Source: Prorocentrum cordatum (Eukaryota). From it: a DNA stretch of 57,425 nucleotides. A program made the position numbers and the translations under genes. How positions within the stretch are numbered: position 1 is the first letter of the stretch; each line of letters opens with the position of its first letter. The stretch lies in the NCBI GenBank assembly GCA_963575745.1, contig CAUYUJ010000027.1, positions 62,001 through 119,425 of the forward strand. Direction: 5' to 3'. A model generated the notes under the pieces. That model had not been told where the DNA came from. It made no database searches and was given only the letters and a program-made list of their open reading frames with translations. Shown one piece after another: positions 1 to 13,448 of this stretch.

Positions 1-26
1 ACCTCCTCTTTCTGCCTCCCCTCATT

Positions 27-59
<33 letters not shown>

Positions 60-64
60 GGTCG

Positions 65-96
<32 letters not shown>

Positions 97-359
97 GTCG
101 TCCTCCTCCTCCTCCTACTCCTCGTACTCTTCCCCCTCCTGATTCATCCTCCACCCGTTCTCCTCCGCCCTCCCTCCTACCCCTGCCGCCCACACCCCTC
201 CACGCCCACCTGCCTGTCCCACTCCGCCCCCGCCTTCTTCCGTCGCACTCCCCACCTCGTCCTCATTTTCGCCCTCGAGTCTGTCGCCACTGTCGTTCGT
301 CGTCGTCGCCTTCGTCGTTCATCGTCGCAGCCGCCGCGCCGCCGCCGCCGCCGCCGCGG

Positions 360-447
<88 letters not shown>

Positions 448-875
448 GGTCGTCGTCGTCGCGTAGAGCTGACCGCTGCGGCGGCGCCGCCTGCCGCGCC
501 GCGCCTGGCGGAGGCGGCCTCAGACTGCACCCCGGCGAGGCGGCGGAGCCGCTGGGCGGCGCGGCAGGCGGCGCCAAAACCGCCCCGTCGGAGAGCCCAG
601 GGGCGATCGGAACGGGTGCGGGAAAAAGGGGTACAGAGACCGACAGATTGTCGGCCACGCGCAGAGGGGGGCAGGGTCCGGGGGCAGGGGTGGAGGGTTT
701 CTCCGAATGGCTTAGGCGACCCGTCCTTCTCCTCCTCCTGCCCCTCCTCCCTCCTCCTCCATCTCCTCCTGCTCCTCCTCCTCCTATTCCTCCTCCTCCT
801 CCTCCTCCTCCTCCTCATCGGCCATCTCCTCCTCCTCCTGCTCCTCCTCGTCCTCCTCATCCTCCTCCTCCTCTT
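1..875. repeat. (GTC)n and (CCT)n microsatellites
   Basis: Blocks at 31-120, 296-461 and 725-875. Confidence 0.95.
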
Positions 876-2810
876 GTCGCCTACGGCCCCGGGGGAAACC
901 GTGCAGTGGGGGGCAGCAGGGGGAGGGGGGAGGGCTTCTTAGAAGCACCCCTGCTTCTAGACGGCGCGGGCCTTGCCTATGTATGTGAGGCCTGTAAGGC
1001 TGGCGCCACTACCCGCAGAGTGCCTGCTCGCAAGCGCCCGCAAAAACACGTGGTCGCCTCGATGTAATGGATGTTCCAGAGGTGACCGTTGAGTCATTCC
1101 GGCCAGGCACCCTGGCCGTGCGCTGCTGGCATATATCCCGGCCCCACACCCCTACAGAGAATATGACGGCCGGCTTTAGGAGGCATACCTCGCGGCTGCC
1201 CGCGCAGAGAACTAGGTCCGGAGTTCCTGTCGGACGCGGTTCGCGGCAGCCGAGCCACGAGCAAAATATCCCCCTCGGCGGATCCAGACCATTCGCGAGT
1301 AGTTACTTTGCGAGCAGTGGAACGCGCTTGTCTGAATAATGAGTGCACAGACCGACAGAATGGGTGCGGAAATGATGGGTACGGAGAGAGTAGGTACTAT
1401 CGAGTCGGCCCGCCAGTTTCCCCCTGTTTGGTCCTCCTGGGATGCCCTCGTCGCCTCCGCTTGATTCGCTTCGAAGTCCTGGTCAGAGCGCACCCCAGGA
1501 GAGGTCCAGGGAGTAGCAGTATGGGTACTTTTTGATTTCCCCATGAGAACCAGCAGGATTCCCGGTTCATTTTGAGCAGGACTCGCTGTCGGTGTTGCCG
1601 CGGATTCTGTCCACTTGAGACAGAAAGCCGCCTGCCCAACAGCGGCCGTTGCTGGTTGGGAAAAGGGTGTTGTGCCCAGTCTTTCCGTATGCATCTTGGG
1701 CGTCTAAACAGAGGTTGGAACCAGCACCAATATCGCAAGGTTGATCATGGTTCAGTCGGTTCGGTTGCGTCGCAGTCGGTCGCGTTCGGTCGGGTCGATT
1801 CGGTCGATTGTCGTGTCGTTGCCGCGTCACTGCGCCCTTTAGCCTGCTTGCGGCATGTCGATTCCAGTCGGTTTCGGTTTCGCTGCCGCCGTGCACGGCC
1901 TGGTATCGGCGGTGTGCCTCCACTGAAGGAAGATGATCCCGATCTCGGCCATGGTGGTACTACTCGGGCTTCTAAGGTGGCCGAGAAAAGTAGGATCATC
2001 CTTCTCGTATGGACGTATCCCCCTGTTCTGGTGCTGGTGCCCATTTCCAAGCCTCCAACGTCGGCGGTCAGTCCGGGGAGGAAGTGAGAAGGGGCGGGCC
2101 TTCTCAGAAGGCTTGGGAATCCTCCAGCCTTTTGAGAAGTTTCCTAAGCGTTCCCCGAAGACGCAGAAAACCTCTCAGAAGGCCGGAGGGCTTTGAGAAA
2201 CCTCGCCGCTTTTGAGAAGGCCTCCTCCTTCTCACTTCCCCCCTCGCTCGCTGCCGGCAACGCCCGCTTCCACTGCTCTGCGGGCGACCTGTGGCAGCCC
2301 TAGACCTCAAGCGCATACAGTCAACCCGCAAGGTAAGGCTGAGCATCTTCCAAGGTCACCCCTGGATCCTTCACCTTCGTCCTTGGCCGCTTCTGTTGGG
2401 CGCGCTCCGCTTGCAAAGTGTCGATCTGGTCTTCCAATGCCTTTGCATTCTTACACGCAGATCGTTGAAAGTAGGTATTTCTGGATTTCCAGATCCCAGC
2501 CTGCTTCAAGCGCCTTCCCACTTCAAGAATCGCTTTGCTTTCGCTGTGATTTGTGATTCTTTGGGAGGGCCTGAACCCAGTCTACTCCATCCGCCTTCCA
2601 ACTTTTTTTCCGCCTCTTTCTTCTTCCGGCCGACGTGTATCGTGCGTTCGCGGAACTCTTCCACCTCTGAGCGCTTCCCCCCCTCCACCCCCCGCGCGGC
2701 CGCCCTCGTCTCGTTCCCTTTGGCGCGACAGACGACCTGCCTCTCCGTTGCCCCGCTTCGCCTCACGCTGGAGCGGACTGCCTCTGCCTCGCCGCCGACG
2801 AAGAAGTATC

Positions 2811-2980
2811 TCAGGAGAGGAAAAAGCACACACAGGCACAATCGATCTTCGATTCCCCAGGAAGTGCGGGAAGATGTATGGGAAGTGGGGGGGGAAGACA
2901 GAAACCCAGAAGGTATTGGAAAATACGGGGAATCTTTTTATTTGCGTGTGTGTTTATCTGTGTGTCCTGGGGCCCCTTCA
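2811..2980 (+). repeat. Dispersed repeat of about 165 bp (other copies 31795-31961 and 48087-48249)
   Basis: All three copies run TCAGGAG(A/G)GG...ACACACAG(G/A)CACAAT...GGGCCCCTTCA with sharp shared ends. Confidence 0.8.
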
Positions 2981-4299
2981 GTATCGTGCGCTCCTGTCAT
3001 ATCGGTTGACTGCATCGACGGAGCAGGACGGAGGCTCGCTGTCGGCCTCGGCGTCTGGGGGCCGTCGCGGGGCCCCCGGGACCGCCACGCGGCGATCCGG
3101 GGCGATCGGCCCGTCGCCGGGACGCGGTGCAGAGCTCCTCGACGAGGCGCAACTCAGAGACCCCCTCGCGTTGTGCAAACATCGGGACGGGAGTTTTTTT
3201 TTTTTTTTTTTTGTTGTTGTTTTTTTGCCTATTTCGGCCTCCCCGGGCCCTTACCAGACCTCGGGGCCGTCAGAGTCTGTTCAGGATGAAGGGCTGGTCC
3301 CGGGGAAGGGGTCGAGACCTTTGGGGGCCGACGCTGTGAAAAGCACGACGTCGGGGGTCTGGGAAGAGTGACCTTTTGCTGGAGTGATTTTTTGTGCGGG
3401 ACCAATGGGGGCCCCCGATCGCTGAACGCGAAGCGGTAGCAGCGGCTTGGGCGCCCAGGTTTGGCAACTCCGAGTTCCTCGTTTAGTCGCGCACCAGAGT
3501 TCATTTTTGCCGAGGGTCACTCTTGCGTGCAGCCGAGCTCCAGGGACCCTGCATGGAAAATATCAAGACCAGAGGTCTTGGGCCAGGCATGGGCCCGATG
3601 CAGTCTGCAGGCTAAAGGCGGGTTCCGAGTGGGCGGTAGCTCGCCTTGTAGTACTAGGGCGAAAGCCAGACTTCTTCAAGAAACCGGCCTCCATCCTTGT
3701 AGCGGTTGCCAGCTGGTAGAAGAGGTACATTCTTCTAGCGAACAAGGGATGCGACAAGTTATGATCATGCAGATCGAAGAGGTGTTCAGCGAGAACCCCG
3801 TTTTGATAAAAGGACCGCCCCCGTCTGTGCAACTGTAAGGCAAATTTCCACTTTTGGTCTTGAGCTTCGAAAAAGTGCCAAATGAGAGTCCCATTCCGAC
3901 CATCCGCGCAGCTGTTGCATCTATTAAGATGTGTTTGGTTTCATATTCGAGGATGTTGCGAGCGAAAGTCGCATCTAGGAAAGGCACATTTGTGAAGCTG
4001 TTGCATGCTTTTGCGACGAATGTGTGCGACGCTCTGGGCGAGGCCCCCATTTTGAAAACGACTCGATCATTTTTGAAGCTGTTGCAAACTTTGAAGGTGA
4101 ATGTGGGCGGCGCTGAGGCGGCAACAGCATTTTTTATTCCACCAGCCCGCCGTCCGTGTAAACCTCTACGATCTTTCAAAATGAACATGGGCGCGTTAAG
4201 GAGGAGAGAGCACCATTTTCCCCAAGCAGGCGTTGCCAGAGGGGTTCCTACATGTCTGCGAAAGAAACAGGTGGGTACGGGGCCCCTCACAGCCAGTGT

Positions 4300-4985
4300 T
4301 CCTCGGGGATGCCCGAGGTTTGCCAACGGATGCCTGGGGTTGCCTGGCGTGGCTCGAGATTCGTCAGTGTTGTTTGGGGTCGCTCGGGGTTGCCCTGGGC
4401 TGCCAGGGTTTGCCTGGGGATGCCTGGGGTTGCCTGGCGTTGCTCGGGATTCCTCAGGTCGGCCACGCGCAGAGGGGGGGTTGGGGGAGTGGGGAAGGCT
4501 TCGTAGAAGCACCCCCGCTTCTAAGAAGGCGATTGCCTTCTCTATGGACGTAAGGCCGGGGTCTTCTAAGAAGCAGGGTGCGTCTAAGAAGCCTTCCCCC
4601 TTCCCCCTTGTGCACCCTGTCCCCCTTTGCGCGCCGCCAATCAGGGCTGTCTGGGGGTTGCTGCCCGGGGTTGCCCTGGGCCGTCGGGGGTTGCCTGGGG
4701 TTGCCGGGGCAGCTCCTGGCGTTGCTCGGGGCTGCTTGGGACCTCGCAGCGCCGAGCAGCGCCAAGGAATGCCAAGGAGTTCAACGCAGTGCCAGGCAAT
4801 TACACGCAGAGCCCAGCGAGGCCGAGGAGTGCCCGGGAATGCCCAGGGAACGCCACGCAACTTCAGGACCTTCTGCGCAGCCTCGAGCAGCGCCGAGCAG
4901 CGCCGAGCAGTGCCGAGCGGTGCCAAAGCGGTGCAGAGAGCAAGGCGTACCCTTGCCGAGCAGTGCCAGGCAGTGCCGAGCAGTC
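4300..4985. repeat. Degenerate 10-bp satellites (TTGCCTGGGG and GCCGAGCAG types) split by a palindrome at 4460-4635
   Basis: Seen directly. A related GCCAAGCAAT decamer array lies at 6060-6220. Confidence 0.75.
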
Positions 4986-5115
4986 TCAAGCCGAGGGGAA
5001 GCCAATCGTTGTGCCGATCGGCGCGGCCCCCCCCGCCCCCCGATGGAGTAGGTAGGTATAGGCTGCTTGTGGAGCCCGTCGCGGGCAGGCGGAGTGCGCA
5101 CAGGGGGTCCCGACG

Positions 5116-5461
5116 CCTCCTCCTCCCCCTCCTCCCTCCTCCCCCTCCTCCCTCCCCCTCCTCTCCTCCTCCCTTCCTCCTCCTCCTCCTCCTCCCCTCC
5201 TCCTCCCCCTCCTCCCCTCCTCCTCCTCCTCCTCCTCTCCTCCTCCTCCTCCTCCTCCTCCTCCTCCTCCTCTCCTCCTCCTCCTCCTCCTCCTCCTCCT
5301 CCTCCTCCTCCCCCTCCTCCTCCTCCTCCTCCTCCCCCTCCTCCCTCCCCTCCTCCCTCCTCCTCCTCCTCCTCCTCCTCCTCCTCCCCCTCCTCCTCCT
5401 CCCCCCTCCTCCTCCCCCTCCTCCTCCTCCTCCTCCCCCTCCTCCTCCTCCTCCTCCTCCC
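5116..5461. repeat. (CCT)n tract
   Basis: Seen directly. Similar CCT/GAG tracts at 6494-6570, 17057-17191, 17424-17472, 31553-31622, 36680-36805, 42780-42950, 49095-49690 and 57370-57425. Confidence 0.97.
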
Positions 5462-6600
5462 CGGTGCACACGCCAATCGCTGCTTCGCGAAACTGCGTGC
5501 ACGGGTGAGTGCTACACAGTGTACGCGCGCGGACGCCTTGGCAACGCCGCCCGCGTGAGCAGCCCGGGGCGCGGAGGCAGAGCGAGGGGCGCGCAGATTC
5601 GGTGCGCTGTGTTTGCGGGGCGCAGCTCGCGAGAATCGCGAGAATGAGAAAGGGGCTCCACTGCGCCGGGCGCGCTGGCATTAGATTTCAGCAGAAAGGA
5701 TCAGATTTCGGATCCAGAGGGCCCGAATTGGGATGGAGAGCAGATCCCGGATCCACAGGATTCCGACTGGATTCCAGCTGGTTCCAATCGGGAACCAAAT
5801 TTGAAGGGAGCGGACCCAAGATAAACTTGGATTCTGATTATGTTCTGATTGGGTTCTAACTGGAATGGAGCAGAATCCACTTCCGGAGGATTCATTCCCT
5901 TTGGATTTCAATTGATTTCAATTTGAATCCCAGTAGAATGGAGCGGGCCTTGGATCAAAGCAGAGGCCCAAACAGATGCACTAAGCAGGGGGCCGGAACC
6001 AGACTCCCACCCTTTCCCCCCCTGTGCCAAGCGTAGAAACACGAATCAAAAACAACAAACGCTTACCAATGCAAGGCCAATGGTTCCAAGCCATGCCACG
6101 CAATGCGCAGCGAATGTCAAGCAAAACCAAACAACGCCAAGGAAGTCAAGGAATGCATAGCAATGCCAAGCTTTGCCAATTAACACCGATCATCACCAAG
6201 CAATGCCAAGCGATGCTTTGCATCGGCCCCGCGCTGTTTTGCTTTACCGATAATTGATCTGATTGGCTTTGAAAGAAGGAAGACCCTGAAGTGGGGTCGC
6301 GAGAGGTTCATGGCAACGATCGCCCTGACATCTTTATATTGTGAACATTGCAAGGCGCTTGTGCGCGGCGCTAAGGCGACAATCCCATGTAGATCGCGAG
6401 CTTCAGTTTCATAGTGGTGATGAGCTCTCAGGCGAAACGCCGAGCCCGCGCTACCGACACGTCTGGGGGTGCGGCAGGGAGGGGTTATCTGCAAGGAGAA
6501 GGAGGAGGAGGAGGAGGAGGAGGAGGAGGAGGAGGAGGAGGAGGAGGAGGAGGAGGAGGAGGAGGAGGAGAGAGTTGGAGAGAGAAGCATCGTGAGGCAG

Positions 6601-6695
6601 GAGCATCGGGAACCGCAGCCGCCTGGGCCTGCCGTCGCCGAGAGCTCGGCTGCGCCGCGGGGGGGTGCGCCGCCGCCAGGAGCGCTGGCGCCCAG
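6601..6695 (+). CDS. Candidate exon of host coiled-coil gene (end uncertain)
   Basis: CAG|G acceptor after a (GAG)n tract; GC-rich EHREPQPPGPAVAESSAAPRGG. Several possible GA/GC/GT donors between 6680 and 6712. Confidence 0.4.
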
Positions 6696-6833
6696 GCGCC
6701 CTCCAGCCCGTGAGGGCTTGACGGCTTTTCTCCGATCGACTCGCGCGGATCAGCCTTGATAGATCTGGGCAGATCCAGGGACATGGAGGAAACTCCAGAG
6801 GATTGGAGGCGGATCCAGAGATCTCCGGGGCAG

Positions 6834-7004
6834 GCCAGAGCAGGCCGTGGGCGCGCCCCCCCGCGCGAGCCCGAGGGAGAGGAGCAAAAGTCGCTGTTGC
6901 CCTCGGCGGTCCACGGGCGGCCAATGGCCGCTGCCGAGGCGCGGCGGGAGGACCCCCGCCTCGAGAGCGCGCTGCGCGACGTGCGCGCGGTGGCCGAGGC
7001 GCAG
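6834..7004 (+). CDS. Exon of host coiled-coil gene (start uncertain, 6834 or 6844)
   Basis: ...EARREDPRLESALRDVRAVAEAQ ends at a CAG|GC donor and splices in phase 0 to 7127. Confidence 0.65.
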
Positions 7005-7126
7005 GCGAAGCTGCTGTGGGTGGTGGTGGTGGCGGCGGTGATGGTGGTGGTGGTGGTAGTCGTCGTCGTCGTCGTCGTCGGCGGCGTCGTCGTCGTCGTC
7101 GTCGTCGTGGTCATCGTCGTTCGCAG

Positions 7127-7267
7127 GCGAGGCTGCTGCGGGTGGTCGAGGGCATCTCCGAGGAGCTCTCGCGCCTGGGCGCCGAGGCGGGCCGCCTCCG
7201 CGCTGGCGAGCTGCCCGCGGTGCAGGGTCCGCTGCAGGACCTGCGGCGGGCCTGGCAGCGCGGCGAG
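7127..7267 (+). CDS. Exon of host coiled-coil gene
   Basis: CAG|G acceptor, 47 codons ARLLRVVEGISEELSRLGAEAGRLRAGELPAVQGPLQDLRRAWQRGE, GAG|GA donor. Confidence 0.7.
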
Positions 7268-7331
7268 GATCGACGAAGAGCAAAGCGAAGATCGAACAAA
7301 TAATAGCAATACTTCTACTACTACTACTACA

Positions 7332-7383
<52 letters not shown>

Positions 7384-7443
7384 TTACTACTACTATTACT
7401 ACTACTATTACTACTACTACTACTACTATTACTACTACTACTA

Positions 7444-7479
<36 letters not shown>

Positions 7480-7854
7480 ATATTACTGCTGCTACTACTA
7501 CTACTTACTGCTGCTACTACTACTACTATTACTACTACTACTACTACTGCTACTACTACTACTACTAGTACTACTAGTACTACTAGTACTAGTACTACTA
7601 TACTACTACTACTACTACTACTACTTGCTGCTAATACTCTACTACTGCTGCGCTACTACTACTAGACTACCATTCCTACTATTACTATTACTACTACTAC
7701 TACTACCACTACTACTAACTACTACTACACTACTACTATACTACACTACTACTACACTACTACTACTACGACTACTACTACTACGACTACGACGACGACT
7801 ACTACTACTACTGCTACTACTACTACTACTACTACTACTTACTACTACTCACTA

Positions 7855-7894
<40 letters not shown>

Positions 7895-7903
7895 GCTACT
7901 ACT

Positions 7904-8730
7904 TACTCCTATCCTTATTCCTTATTCGAATATACTCCTACTCCCCCCTCAGGCCGGCCATTAGGGGCCGCATCCGGGGGGTCCCATCCTAACCTGTAAA
8001 AAACAATACAAAATCAACATTTTTCTTATTTTTTCCTCTCGACATGGACGTCCTGTCGTCCACGGCGATTATCCATTGCAAAAAATACCACAAAGAGCAC
8101 ACGCGCGCGTTCATGTCAGAATCCTACCGAACACCGTGTGTTTGCAAGCATTTCAACATAAAAACATCAAAAACCCAATGTTTTTTTCACAAAAATTGTA
8201 CAAATTTCCCGCCCGGGCTCTCTTGCTGAAATCATAGGAAAACCATAGGAATCTTAAGAATTCGGTCGAATCCAGCGATTTCACGTCATCGCGCGGTGCA
8301 CTCGCGATGCTCTGTCATGCACCCAGGCCGCGAATCCTGTGCAAAAAATACACAAAGAGCACACTCGCGCGTTCATGTCAGAATCCTACCGAACACCGTG
8401 TGTTTGCAAGCATTTCAACATAAAAACATCAAAAACCCACTGCTTTTTCACAAAAATGCTTTGGGGTGTCCTGTCAGACCGTCGGGCTTCCTCCGGCCAC
8501 CTCTGGCTTCCTGCGGTGTACCGGGCCATTCTCGACTCGTCTGGGAATGCGTGCGCGGCATTCAACACGCGCTCGCCAGTTCCCGTCGGCAACCGCCATC
8601 GCGGCCGCATCAGCTGTACCAAACCGGCTGGCCGGTGTGACTTCGGCACCCAGTTGTGCCAGCTTTGCTTCTTATGTTGTGGGAGGGCGGGTGGGACTGG
8701 GCATGCCATGGCTAGCTTGACTCCTACTCC
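7904..8730. repeat. Unit of about 820 bp, copy 1 of a tandem duplication embedded in (CTA)n
   Basis: Near-identical to 9838-10680. Contains an internal direct repeat of about 118 bp (8079-8196 and 8342-8457). Confidence 0.9.
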
Positions 8731-9331
8731 TACTCCTAACCCTACCCCTACTGCTGCTATTATGACTATTATTATTATTCCTACTATACGCTACTACTAA
8801 CTACTACACTACCTGTTACTACCACTACTACTACTACTACTACTTACTACTACTACTTACTACTACTACTAGTACTACTACTAGGATGTACCTAAACTAC
8901 TAACACCACTAACTACTACTCCACCACAACTACTACTACTAAACTACCGCTACTACGTATACTACTACTACTACTACTACTACTACTAACTACTACTACT
9001 ACTTTCTACTACCCTTACTACCTACTACTAACTACTTTCTACTACTACTACCAACACTACTACTACTCACTACTACTACTACTCTACTACTAATACTACT
9101 AGTAAAGTAAAACTACTAATACTACTACTACTTACTACTACTCTACTACTACTACTAATATTATACTATACTACACTACTACTCTAACTACTACTACTAA
9201 CTACTACTACTCCACTACTACTACTACTACTTACCTACTACTACTATTACTCCTCCTCCTCCTCCTCCCACTACTACTACTATTAATACTACCACTACTA
9301 CTACTACTAGTACTACTACTACTACTACTAT

Positions 9332-9372
<41 letters not shown>

Positions 9373-9526
9373 ACCACTACCACTACCACTACCACTACCA
9401 CTACCACTACCACTACCACTACCACTACCACTACCACTACCACTACCACTACCACTACCACTACCACTACCACTACCACTACCACTACCACTACCACTAC
9501 CACTACCACTACCACTACAACTACCA

Positions 9527-9618
<92 letters not shown>

Positions 9619-9701
9619 ACGGCTACGGCTACGACTACGACTACGACTACGACAACATCTACTACTACTACCGCTACTACTATTATTACTACTACTACTA
9701 T

Positions 9702-9784
<83 letters not shown>

Positions 9785-9785
9785 G

Positions 9786-9818
<33 letters not shown>

Positions 9819-9837
9819 CTACTCCTACTCCTACTCC

Positions 9838-10680
9838 TACTCCTATCCTTATTCCTTATTAGAATATACTCCTACTCCCCCCTCAGGCCGGCCATTAGGG
9901 GCCGCATCCGGGGGGTCCCATCCTAACCTGTAAAAAACAATACAAAATCAACATGTTTCTTATTTTTTCCTCTCGACATGGACGTCCTGTCGTCCACGGC
10001 GATAATCCATTGCAAAAAATACCACAAAGAGCACACGCGCGCGTTCATGTCAGAATCCTACCGAACACCGTGTGTTTGCAAGCATTTCAACATAAAAACA
10101 TCAAAAACCCAATGCTTTTTCACAAAAATTGTACAAATTTCCCGCCCGGGCTCTCTTGCTGAAATCATAGGAAAACCATAGGAATCTTAAGAATTCGGTC
10201 AAATCCAGCGATTTCACGTCATCGCGCGGTGCACTCGCGATGCTCTGTCATGCACCCAGGCCGCGAATCCTGTGCAAAAAATACCACAAAGAGCACACTC
10301 GCGCGTTCATGTCAGAATCCTACCGAACACCGTGTGTTTGCAAGCATTTCAACATAAAAACATCAAAAACCCAATGCTTTTTCACAAAAATGCTTTGGGG
10401 TGTCCTGTCAGACCGTCGGGCTTCCTCCGGCCACCTCTGGCTTCCTGCGGTGTACCGGGCCATTCTCGACTCGTCTGGCAATGCGTGCGCGGCATTCAAC
10501 ACGCGCTCGCCAGTTCCCGTCGGCAACCGCCATCGCGGCCGCATCAGCTGTACCAAACCGGCTGGCCGGTGTGACTTCGGCCCCCAGTTGTGCCAGCTTT
10601 GCTTCTTATGTTGTGGGAGGGCGGGTGGGACTGGGCATGCCATGCTTGACTCGCTCGAGCTGGCTAGCTTGACTCCTACT
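9838..10680. repeat. Unit of about 840 bp, copy 2
   Basis: Matches 7904-8730 with scattered substitutions and an extra 18 bp (CTTGACTCGCTCGAGCTG) near the right end. Confidence 0.9.
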
Positions 10681-10834
10681 CCTACTCCTACTCCTACTCC
10701 TACTCCTACTCTTAGTCTGACTCCTACTCCTATTCCTCCTCCTACTCCCACTCCTATTCCTACTCATTCGCTTATTATTATTACTACTACTACTATTACT
10801 ACTACTACTATTACTACTACTACTACTACTACTT

Positions 10835-10874
<40 letters not shown>

Positions 10875-10915
10875 CAGTACTACTACTACTACTACTAGTA
10901 CTACTACTACTACTA

Positions 10916-10951
<36 letters not shown>

Positions 10952-10978
10952 TTACTACTATTACTACTACTACTACTG

Positions 10979-11011
<33 letters not shown>

Positions 11012-11827
11012 GTACTACTACTACTACTACTACTACTACTCCTACTACTATTTCTTTTACTACTACTACTACTACTACTACTCTTACTACTACTCATACT
11101 AATCATGCGCATCTAAGCAATATCATTCATACAGTAAGGCAATCAATAGTAATACTACGAGTGCTAGTAACAGTACGAATAGCACACGTACATCATAATA
11201 CCAGTAAGCATAATACGAATCATACTAATAAGAAAACATACAAAATCGGACAAAGTTTGTGACTTAAGGCTGAACGGGGTAAACACACATTGGGCTAACA
11301 CACGTCCTGAGGACCATCGATTCCAGCGGCAGCGCCTCGCCGAGAGCGTTCCAGGGGTGCCCTGATAGCCCCAGATCGCCGCCGGAGATCCGAGTTCTGA
11401 CCCGAAAACCCAATCTCGCTCTGGATGGCCTCGGGCAGATCCAGAAAACATGAACACCACACACGATTTATCCGTCCTTTCCAGCGTCTCGAGACACGCG
11501 ACGCACCAACAGAACACAATTTCTGACATTTGGCAGCCCTCGCTGGGCCGCAGGACCATCAAGAAACGCCTCAGGATGTGAACCAGTTCCATGGAAAGGG
11601 TCGAAGGTTCCTGAATCCGAGATTCTGGCGTAGCAGTTTGTTCACAACAGGCGATTTTGAAATGTTTCGGTCCCTGGGGCCCTCACGGATCTGTCCAGCT
11701 CGAGGAACGGCACAGGAAGATGGGACGATGTTTTCTGTTTTTGTTGTATGTTCAAACATTATGAGAACAATTGTCCAGGAGAGAGACCCAACCATATGCA
11801 GTTGTGAGTAGCGCACCAGTGAATAGC

Positions 11828-12510
11828 ATCTTCGGTGGAGCTCCCGATTGGGCCACCAATCGTTGAACGGGTGGGCCGAAATGGGTGGCGGGGACGCTTG
11901 CGAACACCACCATTGAAGCCTTCGGTGGAGCTCCCAATGAGGCCACGACGCGTGTGAGGGGTGAGCCGAAATGGGTGGCGGGGACGCATGCGAACACCGC
12001 CACTGGGGCCTTCGGTGGAGCTCCCCATGGGGCCACGAAGCGTGTGAGGGGCTGTGCCGACATGCGTGGCGGGGACGCATGCGAACACCACCACTGGGGC
12101 CGTCGGTTGTGCTCCCTATGGGGCCACGAAGCGTGTGAGGGGTTGTGCCCACATGGGTGGTGGGGACGCATGCGAACGCCGCCACTTGGGTCTTCGGTTG
12201 AGCTCCCTATGGGCCACGAAGCGTTGAAGGGGTGGGCCGAGATGGGTGGCGGGGACGCATGCGCGCACCGCCACTGGGGCCTTCGGTGGAGCGCCCCGTG
12301 GAGCCACAGTGTGAGGGGTGTGCCGAAATGTGTGGCGGGGACGGATGCGAACTTTGCCACTGGGGCCTTCGGTGGAGCTCACCATGGAGCCACGAGACGT
12401 GTGAGAGGTGTGCCGAAATGGGTGCGGGGACGCATGTGAGCACCGCCGCTGGAGCCTTCTGTGGAGCGCCCTATGGGGCCACGAAGCGTGTGAGGGGTGT
12501 GCCGAAATGG
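11828..12510. repeat. Tandem minisatellite, unit of about 88-90 bp, about 8 copies
   Basis: CTTCGGTGGAGCTCCC...GGCCACGAAGCGTGTGAGGGG...GGCGGGGACGCATGCGAAC recurs at about 11830, 11920, 12010, 12100, 12192, 12281, 12367 and 12456. Confidence 0.93.
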
Positions 12511-13035
12511 TAGACTGATGCGAAGAGCAGGGGCACGCAGGGGAGGAGGGAAGAGCGAGAGGAGGAAGGTGAGGTGCGGTGGGACGCGGGGCGCTGTCTC
12601 GTCTGGACCCAAACCCACAGGAAGGTGAGGAACTGTGTGGCATTTTTCTGTGACGTCGGATCTCAGGGAGCTGGCAACCGAGTGAGGTCCAAGGAGGACA
12701 AAGCGGCAAACACGGCAGGTTCGCGTCATGTCGACCGGCGGCGACCCCGCCGCCGGCGTTCAACGTTGAACGCCGCCGTCGACCCAGAATGGCTCGATGT
12801 CGATCGTTCTGACCTTGCGGAAACGCCCGATCGTTCAAGGTCGAACGATCCGGATCCCTGGGCTGACGATGTATTCAATTTTTTGTGTGCTGCCGGTTAT
12901 GACACCCCTGACGAGGTCTGGATTACACGTGCTTGCAATATGGGGCCGTGGACGAGCTCGGAGGGCGGCCTCGTGTACGAGTCCATCTGAGGCACTGCGG
13001 TGCCAGGGCCGGGCGCTGCCCGACATCGGGTGCCT

Positions 13036-13180
<145 letters not shown>

Positions 13181-13448
13181 TAAAAGCGAGAGATAGCGAG
13201 CGTTTGTCCGCGGCCAGTTGTTCTCAAGCGGCCGGCCGCCGACATATGATTGTGCCTCATCGCGAGGCACACTAGTTGCCATTGGGACCGAAAACATCTT
13301 CGCGTGACATGGCCGTCGCTCCCGCGACGATCTCCTACTTCGGAGACTATCGTAACTACGGCGCAACAGAGTTGAATATGGGCTTTGCCTTAGCGGAAGC
13401 TTCTGGTTGGGCTTCCCAGCCCTCTTCAAACTCTTTGCTCCTCTGGAG

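Larger units (their letters stand above)
7310..11100. repeat. (CTA)n/(CTACCA)n microsatellite blocks (7310-7903, 8720-9840, 10672-11100)
   Basis: Seen directly. Confidence 0.97.

Noticed and set aside
3560..4230. AT-richer segment with a minus-strand frame that could be a transposon protein remnant
   Set aside because: No motif that I can recognise with confidence. The same applies to 1270-1700, 34050-35050 and 56600-57240.
58..7999. Long poly-Arg/Glu/Gly/Pro/Leu/Thr ORFs (e.g. 58..942, 3676..5502, 3854..5647, 6485..7450) and similar ones elsewhere
   Set aside because: They are open only because trinucleotide microsatellites and GC-rich decamer repeats lack stop codons, and they are open on both strands.
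11828..12510. Regularly spaced repeats resembling a CRISPR array
   Set aside because: The whole 90-bp unit is repeated with no unique spacers, there are no cas genes, and the context is eukaryotic.
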